This document shows positions 10,703-21,238 of a DNA stretch of 64,000 nt, one piece after another. The translations under genes were made by a program, and so were the position numbers. The DNA is taken from NCBI GenBank assembly GCA_963771465.1, contig CAVYTU010000013.1, forward strand, positions 436,000 through 499,999, in the 5' to 3' direction. The first letter of the stretch is position 1. The number at the start of each line of letters is the position of its first letter. This stretch comes from an uncultured delta proteobacterium. GTDB taxonomy: Bacteria; Desulfobacterota; Binatia; UBA9968. The notes under the pieces were generated by a model. The model saw only the letters and a program-made list of their open reading frames with translations. It searched no databases and was not told the DNA's origin.

Positions 10703-10963
10703 ATGACAATCAGAGAACACGCCAGAGAATGGCCGCCCCAAGTAACTGGCGGAGGCGGAGACGCGGCAATTGCTGATCCAACCGATAAGCTTCTGAACGC
10801 GCAGCGACACGCGGGAGTGATTACTCTCAAACTCCGTAAAAAAGACGGGATCGAATACACAATGGTTTTGGTTCTCCCGTCACATCTATACGGAATGGCG
10901 ATTGTCGCGATCGTGCTTGCGAAAGAGCTAACCCTCGGAGAACTCGGCGAGCTGGGCTTTTAG
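10703..10963 (+). CDS. Small hypothetical protein (WPP-motif family)
   Basis: MTIREHAREWPP...TLGELGEL. Confidence 0.6.
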   Translation: MTIREHAREWPPQVTGGGGDAAIADPTDKLLNAQRHAGVITLKLRKKDGIEYTMVLVLPSHLYGMAIVAIVLAKELTLGELGELGF

Positions 10964-11297
10964 CGAACTCCCTCAGGCGGCATGTCTCTGAAAATGACTC
11001 CAATGGCTAGCTCGTAGTATAAAAATGTCTCATCTTCGCCTCTGGAATTGAGCCAAGCTAATAAACATTGGAAACCCATGGGCTCCCGCCGATCACGGTT
11101 GATATCAGTCATCTACAAAATTAGGTGTTAAGCGGAAGTGAGTCAGGTGTGGGCCAAAGGGTACTGCGCCGCTGTGGTTATAGTCGCGCTTGGATTGATC
11201 TCGCCTCGATCAATCGTTCTGATTAAAAAAATCACTCGACGCCAGGGAAAGAAAAGTACTACACGGACGATCAGCAAAACAGTGAGGGTCAAGGCAA

Positions 11298-11525
11298 ATG
11301 CGGACAAGGAACACAAAACCTCCTGCGGAGAGAAAAGAGCCACCGTCACCGAGAAAATCTCCCGTGAGGGAGCCCAAGACGCCGAAGAAGCCCATCGGCG
11401 ATCCGCCATCAAAGAAACCGCCAAAACGAGTTACGCCCACCAAGGAAAATACCAGCTTCCAGGAAAGGCCATTCGACGAGTTCCGTACTCCTGAAAAGAA
11501 ACTTCTGTCTAATAGCACAAGTTGA
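11298..11525 (+). CDS. Pro/Lys-rich low-complexity small protein
   Basis: Repeated (K/R)EP and PPxKxP units; GAGGG RBS. Confidence 0.45.
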   Translation: MRTRNTKPPAERKEPPSPRKSPVREPKTPKKPIGDPPSKKPPKRVTPTKENTSFQERPFDEFRTPEKKLLSNSTS

Positions 11526-11712
11526 CTCGCCGGTGTCCGTGAGACGCGTTCGTCGGCACTTATTCAAACGCTACATCTCGCGCATCAGACTACGCAGGCT
11601 TCACCGCTTTTGGCAAAACCTTGGGGTCCGGTAGATGTGGAAATAGTACGCGGGAAAGAAAGATGGTTGCGCCGCCTGACATGTGTCTCGCCGAATTGGG
11701 AATGAATTACGC

Positions 11713-12111
11713 TTAGAACTCCCCAAGCTGTTTTTTGACGATGCATTCATTACAGATCGTGGAATTATCCGGCGCGTCTTGGGTCGACACGTAATCATCC
11801 ATCGGCCACTGAGAGCAATCTGAGCAGATGTGCCAAGTATCGCCAGTCTTGGTTTTTCGATATTCGCCGCCGATTACCGAGCTTAGCGCTTTCTCTAAGT
11901 AGGGAGCAGCGAGGGGATAGAATCGGTTTGCGCGTTCAAGGATGAGTTTCAGGTCGTCAATTTCGCAGAACATTTCTACGATGGAGTAATTGTCTGTGAG
12001 CGTTCGCTCGATTATGGAATTTTTCAGGACGGCATATCCACGGCTGGATAAAGGGAACCTACCCAGAAAACCTAGGTAGGTATCTAACGGCATCTTTACC
12101 ACAATACCCAT
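11713..12111 (-). CDS. Family A domain plus Zn-binding domain (duplicate of 8420-8818)
   Basis: Protein and DNA align end to end with few substitutions. Confidence 0.85.
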   Translation of the reverse strand: MGIVVKMPLDTYLGFLGRFPLSSRGYAVLKNSIIERTLTDNYSIVEMFCEIDDLKLILERANRFYPLAAPYLEKALSSVIGGEYRKTKTGDTWHICSDCSQWPMDDYVSTQDAPDNSTICNECIVKKQLGEF

Positions 12112-12293
12112 AACCAAAACTATATTACGAAGCACTGGGCAATCAATGGGTTTCTGAAAATGGCAACAAACCAGTCTTACCTAATCAAATATTGAAAAAA
12201 GTGCCATCACGCAGTAGGAGTTCTTGCAGAACATCGCGGAGAGTTGGCAACGTATCGGCGGTGCTCAAATCCAACCTCCATCGGGTCAGGTAA

Positions 12294-12572
12294 ATGCCAA
12301 AAGTTGGAAGCATTGTCATGTACAGTTGGGGTTTAATTTCGGGCCTTGTTAGTCTCGTGTATTCGGTTCGTTCTAACACTCCCGATGATAGTTGCTTAAT
12401 CGCTATGGGGCTGGTTATCACGACGTTTGCTTTCGGTTTCGGCTTCATTCTTCAGGCAATGACCCAAAGCGATCAATTGCCCGCCGCTGGTCGCAATCAG
12501 GGTCGCCAGCCTAAAGACGGACCAGACCTCATTATGCAAAGCGCGCAATCACCAAAGTTCTTTGATGACTGA
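12294..12572 (+). CDS. Small two-TM membrane protein
   Basis: Two hydrophobic segments. Confidence 0.45.
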   Translation: MPKVGSIVMYSWGLISGLVSLVYSVRSNTPDDSCLIAMGLVITTFAFGFGFILQAMTQSDQLPAAGRNQGRQPKDGPDLIMQSAQSPKFFDD

Positions 12573-12648
12573 GAGAGTGTCAAGATTCGAAACGTTCTGC
12601 CAACCACAAATTTCAGTTAGATACGGATGGAGCAAGGACTTTCTCGCC

Positions 12649-12777
12649 TTAACAACTGCGCAGATCGTTGAACCGCCGGCTGCTGGAGAGCAACTCCCGT
12701 AACACCAGCAACGTCCAGCGCTCGGTGAGAATCTCTGCCGCCTTAGCGACGGGACAGAACTGACCGTAACCTTTCAT
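12649..12777 (-). pseudogene. Truncated HxlR-family winged-helix regulator
   Basis: Manual translation MKGYGQFCPVAKAAEILTERWTLLVLRELLSSSRRFNDLRSC*; divergent from the FAD oxidoreductase. Confidence 0.85.
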
Positions 12778-12890
12778 GGCAAAAATACTAACGTTAAAGC
12801 CGTGCGAGAACTAGTCCATTTATTGTACTTGATTGAAAGGATGACGAGGAGTAACTCCTAATCAAGAAAATTTTAAACACGAGGTGCAAG

Positions 12891-14279
12891 ATGCTCGAGC
12901 GAAATATTATCGATAGCTTCAAAACGCGCTTGCGGGGTCCGCTCCTGCTCCCCGGCGAGCCCGGCTACGACGAGGGGCGCGCGATCTGGAACGCCATGAT
13001 CGACCGTCGGCCTGCACTGATTGTGCGCTGCCTCGGCGTTGCCGACGTCATATCGGCCGTGAACTTCGCGCGCGAACACGGCCTTTCCTTGTCCATCAAA
13101 GGTGGCGGTCATAACATCGCGGGCCTTGCCGTGTGTGACGGCGGAGTGATGCTCGACATGTCGCTCATGCGCGGCGTTTGGGTAGACCCGAACGCGGGCA
13201 CGGCCCGCGCCCAACTCGGCTGCCTCTTGGGTGACGTGGACCGCGAGACGCAGATTCACGGTCTTGCCGCAGTACTCGGTTTCGTTTCGATGACGGGCAT
13301 AGCCGGCCTCACCCTCGGCGGCGGTTTCGGTTATCTTACGCGCCGATTTGGTTGGAGCTCCGATAACGTCTTGTCGATGGATGTGGTCACCGCGGACGGG
13401 CGCGTGGTGCGGGCAAGCGAAAAAGAGAACAGCGATCTTTTCTGGGGCCTTCGCGGCGGCGGCGGCAATTTTGGCGTCGTGACGAGCTTCGAGTATAAGC
13501 TCTATCCCGTCGGGCCCGAGGTCATGGCAGGCGCCATCGCGTGGTCTGCTGAGCACGCTCGTGATGTGATCGAGATGTACCGCGCTCTCACCGAGCAAGC
13601 GCCGCCCGAGCTCGCTTGCGTCTTGGGACTTCGCATGGCTCCGCCGGCACCGTGGCTTGCGAAAAATATTCATGGCAGACCCATCGTCGCGATGTTCGTT
13701 TGCCATACCGGCGCAATCAAGGAAGGAGAAAAACTAGTCGCCCCGATTAAAGCTTTCGGCTCGCCGGTGGGCGACATTATCCAGCCAAGATCCTATGTGT
13801 CGCAGCAGAGCCTGTTGGATGGGACCCAGCCGAAGGGCCGGCGCTACTACTGGAAATCCGAATATCTGCCCGGGCTCGAGCCGGAAATGTTCGCCACGGC
13901 AATCGAGCACGCCCAACGGATCGTGTCGCCGCACTCGGCGATCCTGCTCTTTCCTGTCGACGGAGCACTCAACCGGCTCCCGGAAGATCATTCCGCCGTG
14001 GGAAACCGGGACGCTGGGTTTGTGCTCAACATCGCGGCTTCGTGGGAGAAGGCCGAGGACGATCAGGCGAACATCGACTGGTCGCGTGCGGCTTGGCGCG
14101 ATATGCGCCGTTTCTCGACGGGCGGAACCTATGTCAATTTCCTCACCGAGGAGGAGGGTGACGAGCGCATCCACGCCGCCTACGGTAAGAACTACGACCG
14201 GCTCGTTGACGTCAAGACGAAGTGGGACCGGGAGAACTTGTTCCGGACAAACAAGAACATTGCGCCGGCGAAACCTTGA
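12891..14279 (+). CDS. FAD-binding oxidoreductase (BBE / 6-hydroxy-D-nicotine oxidase-like)
   Basis: KGGGHN, GLTLGGGFG, DLFWGLRGGGGNFGVVT, YVNF and KTKWDRENLFR. Confidence 0.95.
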   Translation: MLERNIIDSFKTRLRGPLLLPGEPGYDEGRAIWNAMIDRRPALIVRCLGVADVISAVNFAREHGLSLSIKGGGHNIAGLAVCDGGVMLDMSLMRGVWVDPNAGTARAQLGCLLGDVDRETQIHGLAAVLGFVSMTGIAGLTLGGGFGYLTRRFGWSSDNVLSMDVVTADGRVVRASEKENSDLFWGLRGGGGNFGVVTSFEYKLYPVGPEVMAGAIAWSAEHARDVIEMYRALTEQAPPELACVLGLRMAPPAPWLAKNIHGRPIVAMFVCHTGAIKEGEKLVAPIKAFGSPVGDIIQPRSYVSQQSLLDGTQPKGRRYYWKSEYLPGLEPEMFATAIEHAQRIVSPHSAILLFPVDGALNRLPEDHSAVGNRDAGFVLNIAASWEKAEDDQANIDWSRAAWRDMRRFSTGGTYVNFLTEEEGDERIHAAYGKNYDRLVDVKTKWDRENLFRTNKNIAPAKP

Positions 14280-14294
14280 GAAGGAGTATGACGA

Positions 14295-14488
14295 CGCAGT
14301 CATGACCCACGCTTCGATTCCCAAACAAGAACGCAAGAAGGCGGGACTGGATGATGGACTGATCCGTTTGTCGTGGGAATCGAGCACGTTCAGGATCTTC
14401 TTGAAGACCTGAAGCGAGGCCTGGGCCGGTAAGGCGGGCTGGCCGCGATCGTCCAAAGCGAAAGTGAACGGACTCCCGACTCCTTTTC
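14295..14488 (+). repeat. Orphan copy of the 3' end and downstream region of cystathionine gamma-lyase
   Basis: Direct repeat of 17614-17807 with a few substitutions. Confidence 0.95.
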
Positions 14489-14706
14489 TCCGCGCGCGTC
14501 GTTTGCGAACCGAGACGAAGGAGCGGACCGAAACGCGTGGCTCTGCTTCTACAATCCCATCACGGTTAGGTTAGTTAAATCGTGTCAGCGAACACCTCCT
14601 ATGAGGGCTTTCTTGTCAGAGTCTTCAAGATCGTCTGTTCACCCGGTGCTACCGTCGATCAGGATGACTACTTGTACTTCCACTGAAAACTGCCTAGCTT
14701 CAATAG

Positions 14707-14961
14707 GTGACAACCCTCATGATCCAACTACCGCCCGAGCACTACGACCTGTTCGTAGCCGCGTGCGAAATTACGTCTCCCGAATATACGATCCTCAAAA
14801 ACAATATAGTCGCCAGGCATCAAAGTAGTGAGGAGCCGCCGATGATCGAGATCATGTGTGACATGGAAGAGGCGAAGCTGCTCCTTGAAACTGCGAGGCG
14901 GCTCTATCCTGAGTCGGTGCCTTTCCTCGAAGACGCGATGAGTGTCGCACCCGAAATTTAG
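14707..14961 (+). CDS. Small-protein family A member
   Basis: EYTILKNNIV...MIEIMCDMEEAKLLLETARRLYPESVPFLEDAM aligns with 7140-7400. Confidence 0.8.
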   Translation: MTTLMIQLPPEHYDLFVAACEITSPEYTILKNNIVARHQSSEEPPMIEIMCDMEEAKLLLETARRLYPESVPFLEDAMSVAPEI

Positions 14962-15207
14962 AGTCGCGGTTTTCTGAATCGCCATTTCTCCTATCCGCAG
15001 AAACTCACGACTCCGGCGCGAGATCTATCTGGCAACCATGAGCCTGCGCATCGTACCGCGTTGAATTGCCGAACCGTCAACAAATCAACTCCGTAAAATA
15101 TGCAGCCTGGGAAAGAAATTCGGAAAACCGCGGTGTATACTCATGGTGGCTGGATTGGAAGGTAAAAAAATTCCCAATTCAATTTTGAAATTCGGGAGAG
15201 AATCAAA

Positions 15208-16585
15208 ATGAAGATCTCCGCCAACGTGCTCGAAGCCGTCGGTAACACTCCGCTCGTCCGTCTCAACCATATTACCGCGGGAATTTCCGCGACGGTCTGT
15301 GCGAAACTCGAGGCGTCCAATCCGGGACAGGAGCGTTAAGGACAGAATCGCGCTCGCGGTGGTCGAGGATGCGGAGAAGAAGGGATTGCTCAAGCCGGGA
15401 GGCACCATCGTCGAGCCCACTTCGGGGAACATGGGAGTGGCGCTGGCGATTGTCGCCGCGGTCAAGGGTTACAAGTGTATCTTTACGATCCCCGACAAAA
15501 TGAGCATCGAAAAGATTCGCCGCCTGCGCGCTTTTGGCGCGGAGGTCGTCGTGACTCCCACGGCGGTGCCGCCGGAATCGCCCCAGTCCTACTATTCGGT
15601 TGCCAGACGTCTTGCCGACGAGATCCCGGGCGCCTATATGCCCATGCAGTACGATAACCTCGCCAACCGGGAAGCTCATTACGCGTCCACGGGTCCTGAG
15701 ATCTGGAAGCAGACCGACGGCAAGATCACTCACTTTGTCGCTGGGATCGGAACCGCAGGGACCATCTCGGGAATTGCCAAATACCTGAAAGAAAAAAATC
15801 CCCAGTGCACGGTTGTCGGAGTCGATCCTGAGGGATCGATCCTCGCCAAGGCTTTCAAGCGCGAGAAATGGTCATGGAGCGACTCACACCCGTACAAGGT
15901 CGAAGGGATCGGCGAGGACTTTGTGCCGAAGAACCTGCTCGTCCAATACATCGACGACGTCGTAACCGTTTCCGACCGCGACTCGTTTCTGATGGGCCGA
16001 CGGCTTACACGGGAAGAGGGTCTCTTCTGTGGAGGATCTTCCGGTTCAGCCGTTGCCGGCGCGCTTGAATACGCTCGCCAGCGGCAGCTCGGCAAGGACA
16101 GCCTTGTCGTCGTCATACTTCCCGACGCGGGAGAAATTTATCTTTCGAAGATGTACTCCGATGAATGGATGCGGCAAAACCAGTTTCTCGGCAAAAGCGC
16201 CCGCGTCGGCGATATTCTCCAATCGAAGCGGCGAAAGCTTCCCGAGCTGCTGTCGGTCGAGATGACATCCAGCGTGCGCGATGCGATCACCACCATGAAC
16301 CGATTCGGCGTCTCGCAACTGCCCGTATTCGATAAGGGGAATCTCGTCGGGTCGCTGTGCGAGAGCGTGCTCTTTCAGAGGTCTATGGAGACTCCCGAGG
16401 TGATGGAGCTTACGGTTGGATCTCTGCTCGAGCCGCCGTTTCCCACCATCGGCCCGGACGAAGATATTTATGAGGTCGTGCAGCTCCTCAAGTCTGCCCC
16501 GGCTGTTCTCGTCCGCGACGCGGAGAAGTACCAGGGAATTGTCACACGATTCGACGTCGTGGGTCACATAGGCGGACAGCCCTGA
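15208..16585 (+). CDS. cbs: Cystathionine beta-synthase with C-terminal CBS domains (frameshift near 15328)
   Basis: GNTPLVRL...AKLEASNPG / SVKDRIA, EPTSGN, GIGTAGT, VEGIGEDF; CBS pair. Confidence 0.9.
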
Positions 16586-17752
16586 TGGCACGAAAGAAGG
16601 GCGGCGAGCTTCAGGCAATTTGCCACGCGCGCCATCCACGCCGGACAAGAACCCGAATCCGCGACCGGAGCGATCACTGTTCCGATCTATCAGACCAGCA
16701 CTTTCGCTCAGAGCGCGCCTGGCATCCACAAAGGTTACGACTACTCGAGGACCGACAATCCGACGCGCAGCGCGCTCCAGACCGCGCTCGCGAGCTTGGA
16801 GTCGGCCGAATACTGCCTCGCGTTCTCCTCCGGTATGGGCGCGGCGACCACGGCGATGCTCCTGTTCAAAAAGGGCGATCACGTGGTCTCCTCGCGCGAC
16901 GTTTACGGCGGCACCTATCGGCTCTTCAGGGCGGTGCTGGAAAACTTCGGGCTGACATTTTCCTTCGTCGAAACTTCCAGCGTCAGAGAAATCGAGCGCG
17001 CCGTGACACGGCACACCCGGCTTGTCTGGATCGAGTCGCCGACCAACCCGCTGCTCCGCATCACCGACATCAGAGCGGCGGCGAAAATCGCCCATCGCCA
17101 CGGCGCTCTCTGTCTGGTCGACAACACCTTCGCGTCGCCGGTTTTCCAACGGCCCCTCGATCTCGGCGCCGATCTCGTGCTGCACTCGACGACAAAATAT
17201 CTGGCGGGACACGCGGACGTCGTCGGCGGAGCGATCTGTCTCAATGAATCCGCGCTCTACAAGCGGCTCAAGTTCCTGCAAAATGCCGCCGGCGCGACGC
17301 CTTCTCCCTTCGACTGCTTCCTCACGCTGCGAGGGATAAAGACTCTCGCGCTGCGCATGCGGGAGCATGAAAAGAACGCGATGCAGATCGCGCGGTTTCT
17401 GCAGGAGCATGCGCGTGTGCGGCGGGTCTATTATCCCGGGCTGGACAATCACCCGGGCCATGATGTCGCGGCTGCGCAAATGGACGGCTTCAGCGGCATC
17501 GTCTCGTTCGAGGTGAAGGGAGGACTCGCGGAAGCGCGCCGCGTTCTAGCGCGCTTGCGCCTCTTCAAAATCGCCGAGAGTCTCGGCGGCGTCGAGTCGC
17601 TCGTCGAGTTGCCCGCAGTCATGACCCACGCCTCGATTCCCAAACAGGAGCGCAAGAAGGCGGGACTGGATGATGGACTGATCCGTTTGTCAGTGGGAAT
17701 CGAGCACGTTCAGGATCTTCTTGAGGACCTGAAGCGAGGACTGGGCCGGTAA
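16585..17752 (+). CDS. Cystathionine gamma-lyase/synthase (frameshift near 16600)
   Basis: FATRAIHAGQ, PIYQTST, DNTFASP, HSTTKYLAGH, AESLGGVESL. Confidence 0.92.
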
Positions 17753-17866
17753 GGCGGGCTGGCCGCGATCGTCCGAAGCGAAAGTGAAAGACTCCCGACT
17801 CCTTTTCGATCGCTTGCTTTGATAATGATCGTGATTCATCCATCAGCTGGCGCCGGCGTGTCGAAC

Positions 17867-18713
17867 TCAACGTCGACGACCGGTGAATACACGTCCAGAT
17901 TTGCAGACAGGCTGCTTACGGCGACCGGATCGTTCTAGTGCAAGGCGGGAAAAGAAAAGGGAAGTTGGAAAGGTGAACGGAACTAATAGACCGATGTGTA
18001 TTCTCGAACAGCCTAATCTCGATGTTTGAGTTGTCCCCAATTTAGTCGCTTGCGCCACACGTCCGGACGCCGGTGCGTTTTTGTGTTCCCTATAGAATTC
18101 ATAATCTTTTATGTATCGATCAAGCTCCTGCGTTAGGAAGTTATTCTTCTCCGCAAATGCCCTGATTTCGCCCGGTGTAGCGGGTCGCTCAAGTCCTCCT
18201 TGGTTCAGTGCGTGCCATCCTTTGTAGACCTCTTGGCTCGCGTCGTCAGGGGCATAATGCCCACCGAGAATTAAATAGGAATAGTCAAACTCTGTGACCT
18301 TGTGCCAGTCGCGCTGGATATGTGGAAACTCGGACTCGGATACGCCAATTTTTGTCAAAACCCCAAGCACAGAGTCCTTAAATGCGGTCTCCTCGTCATC
18401 CGTATAACCGCCCATCCTTCCGCTGCGTTTTAGGAGAGACAGCGTCAACTCGGCGATCTGAACAGCCAGTAATCGAAGCTCGGCTATGGCTGTTTCCGCT
18501 CTCGCGCGACAACGTCACGAGTACGAGCTTCTATTCCCTTACTCGAAGCTTTGAATTCTGGGTTCGGTCAAGATTTGCCGCGACAAGCATTGCCAAAAAT
18601 CCAGCGCTGCCGGTCCACGTCACTGCTAAGTGCCCTAGAAATCCCGCTGCCAAACCGCCGCACAAAATTACAATACCCACAATCGTGAGAACCCAGCTCA
18701 TCCAGCTATGCAT
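17867..18713 (-). CDS. Hypothetical membrane-anchored protein, frameshifted (3' end uncertain)
   Basis: Two-TM ORF 18531-18713 with GAGG RBS continues after a frameshift near 18560 (FKASSKGIEARTR...) into the 17867-18448 frame. Confidence 0.55.
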
Positions 18714-19534
18714 TTGCGTACCTCAATTCGGTGTTTCCTACTTATCACCTGATGTATTCGAAGCTTTGGTTTCGACGATTGATCATGTCGCTTTCAGCGG
18801 CCTCAGTCAGAGGCACTCCGGTGAAAACCCTCTCACTTGCGCGAGGGCTTTCCGGTATCCGGACAAGGTGTCAATTGGCTGAATGCTGCAAGCCTAGTGC
18901 ACGCCGCGATGTGTGCCAAATGCGTGGATGTGTGATCGGGCGCGGGCTTGCGTGATTACGTCTGCTTGGCTCGTTTACGCGGGAATTAGAATTATGTGTA
19001 CCATCGTCCAAGAGTCCTGTTGTGGTGGTAGTTGCTTGACTGGTTACGCGTCGACCCTTAGCGTCAAGGCCCGTACTAAAGACTTGTACGCCGTCCGTAG
19101 TTACACCGATCACTGTGGTCGGTTGGGTAGTCGTAGAGCTTGCCATGAAATCCTCCTGAACTTTGACATTTTTAGAGGTCACGCCGACGGCTCTTTCACA
19201 GATTGCAGTACGTCTAGCTCTCCGAGCTTCATGGAGAGCCGGATCGTAGGTTCGACAGCCTATATGTCAATCGAATTACCGTGCCGGGGGCGCGGATCGG
19301 TAAATTCTTCCTCTCGGTTCCGTCCCGGTTAATCAGAGGTGCACTTTCCCGCCGTTTGCACGTTGTATGCAAAGACGTGAACAAAAGGAACAAATCAGAG
19401 CCGTGAGAATAAAATCAGCTTTCTGAGGGAATCGATAATCGCAAAAAAAATCGGGAGTGCAGACTGAATCAGAAGAGGAAACGGCCGGCTCGACGGATCT
19501 GCAATTCGCCGCCGGGTTCGAGCCGCCAACATAA

Positions 19535-21238
19535 TCAATACATCGGGCTTTTCACTCGCCACTGAAACGCCGCCATGCGCGTCAGCAGCGCACCAATCAA
19601 GACGATTACGATTGCCAGAGAGATTTCGGTCGGATCGTAGTCCAGGCGATTCGCGTACCACATCAGAAACACCGATAAGATCAATCCCCAGACCAAGGCG
19701 ATTTCCGCGTAGAACGTTCCTTTGAGAAATGGGTTGTTGGCGTCGCCGCGAATGGCGTCGCGGACGATGCCGCCGCCGGCACCTGTAAGCGCGGCGAGCA
19801 CCGGGCCCCAGAGCCACAAGGGATTTGACTTGGTCTCCACCGCAACGACCACGCCGATCACCGTGAAAGCTGCCAGGCCGAGCGCATCGAAAAAAGCAAT
19901 CGCCGCATTCAAACTGATGGTGCGCGCGATCCAATCGTCGTCACCGCCGCCGTGATTTTTCGGCCCCCCAGGCCGGTCCAAGCCGGCGAGTTGAAAGCCG
20001 AGATAGCCGGTCAAAACCGTTACGATCACAGCCACCAGATAGGCCGGGTTGGCCAGCACGCCGACGGTGTCGCGGTTGACCACCAGGTCGCGCATGATGC
20101 CGCCGCCCATCGCCGGCAGCGAAGCGAGAACAAAAGCGCCGAAGAGGCTGTAGTGTCCCTGACGCGCCAAAAGAATCCCCGAGATCGCAAACGCAATCGT
20201 GCCGATGATATCGATCACCAAAAACCAGCGCTGCGCGACCGTCACCTCCAACAGGACGGGAAAAAGATATTCCCGGATGATGCGCGCGTACTGTCCGTTG
20301 GCCTTGAGCTGCTCCAAGCTGCGGTTGAATTCCTCGACCAGAGCGGGACTGGTGGTTTTCTTGCTGAACAGGACGTAAACGTCTTCCGCATAAACCGGCG
20401 GCGACAGCTCCTCGACCGCATGTTGCCAGCCGTGGCGCCACGCCAGAGTCGCTCCGACAAGCCGGTCGACGATGAACGCATCGATCCGATGACTCAACAG
20501 GTTTTCGAAGTTGGCGACGTCGTCGGCGACGGCGATCACACGCGCCTTGTGCGCCGGATCGTTGACGAAGCGCATAATGTCGGGGCCGTAGTAGAATCCG
20601 TTGACTACGCCCAAACGAAGCGACCGCTCCTCGAGTCGGCGCGCCAGCTGGCGCGCGTCTCTCAACGACCAACGCGATGCTTCACCCTTGCGCATGTACA
20701 GGACATCGGTCTCCTTGCGATAGGGCGCCGAGAAATACGCGTACACGGCGCGCTCGGGATTTTTAAACGCTCCGGCGGCAATGTCGCGCACGCCGTTGCT
20801 GACGTCCAACTGGTGCTGCTTCCAACTTACCTCTTCATAGGAAACCTCGTAGCCCATCTGCGCGAAAACAGTTCGGATCAGTTGCACGTCCAAACCCGTC
20901 AGCCGTTTGACGTCGTGTTGGACGACCACGTGCTGGTACGGGTCCCAGGGATACCAGCCGGACTTGAGCCGTCGATCTTGCGCGACGGTGTCGGGCGGTA
21001 ACAACAGAGCTACGGTGAGATGCGCCGCGGCGAGCAGAAACACAAGCAGCCTGAGTGGAACGACAGGTATCGCAGGACCGGTCGGCGCGCCAATGGCTGT
21101 GCCATCATGGCTGCAGCCACGGTTCGCGCACGTGGTGCGAACTCCACATCCAGTTTGCTCAAGCGCTTTGTGGGCAGGCATACCAATGAAAAGTGCGGCC
21201 TGTTTTTTCGCACAGGCGCGGGCTGGATACAAGGACAC
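19535..21238 (-). CDS. Periplasmic solute-binding (family 3) domain fused to a TRIC/UPF0126 membrane domain; start uncertain
   Basis: WDPYQ, GLDVQL, AGAFKNPER; then DIIGTIAFAISG, GGGIMRD, DALGLAAF, GGGIVRD. Confidence 0.88.
   Translation of the reverse strand: MSLYPARACAKKQAALFIGMPAHKALEQTGCGVRTTCANRGCSHDGTAIGAPTGPAIPVVPLRLLVFLLAAAHLTVALLLPPDTVAQDRRLKSGWYPWDPYQHVVVQHDVKRLTGLDVQLIRTVFAQMGYEVSYEEVSWKQHQLDVSNGVRDIAAGAFKNPERAVYAYFSAPYRKETDVLYMRKGEASRWSLRDARQLARRLEERSLRLGVVNGFYYGPDIMRFVNDPAHKARVIAVADDVANFENLLSHRIDAFIVDRLVGATLAWRHGWQHAVEELSPPVYAEDVYVLFSKKTTSPALVEEFNRSLEQLKANGQYARIIREYLFPVLLEVTVAQRWFLVIDIIGTIAFAISGILLARQGHYSLFGAFVLASLPAMGGGIMRDLVVNRDTVGVLANPAYLVAVIVTVLTGYLGFQLAGLDRPGGPKNHGGGDDDWIARTISLNAAIAFFDALGLAAFTVIGVVVAVETKSNPLWLWGPVLAALTGAGGGIVRDAIRGDANNPFLKGTFYAEIALVWGLILSVFLMWYANRLDYDPTEISLAIVIVLIGALLTRMAAFQWRVKSPMY

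Noticed and set aside
8420-12111. Near-identical gene pair as a DGR template/variable repeat
   Set aside because: Differences are not adenine-specific, both copies are intact ORFs and no reverse transcriptase is in the window.
16046-21001. Long antisense ORFs (e.g. 16046-17479, 19952-21001)
   Set aside because: Shadows of GC-rich genes on the opposite strand with no recognisable motifs.
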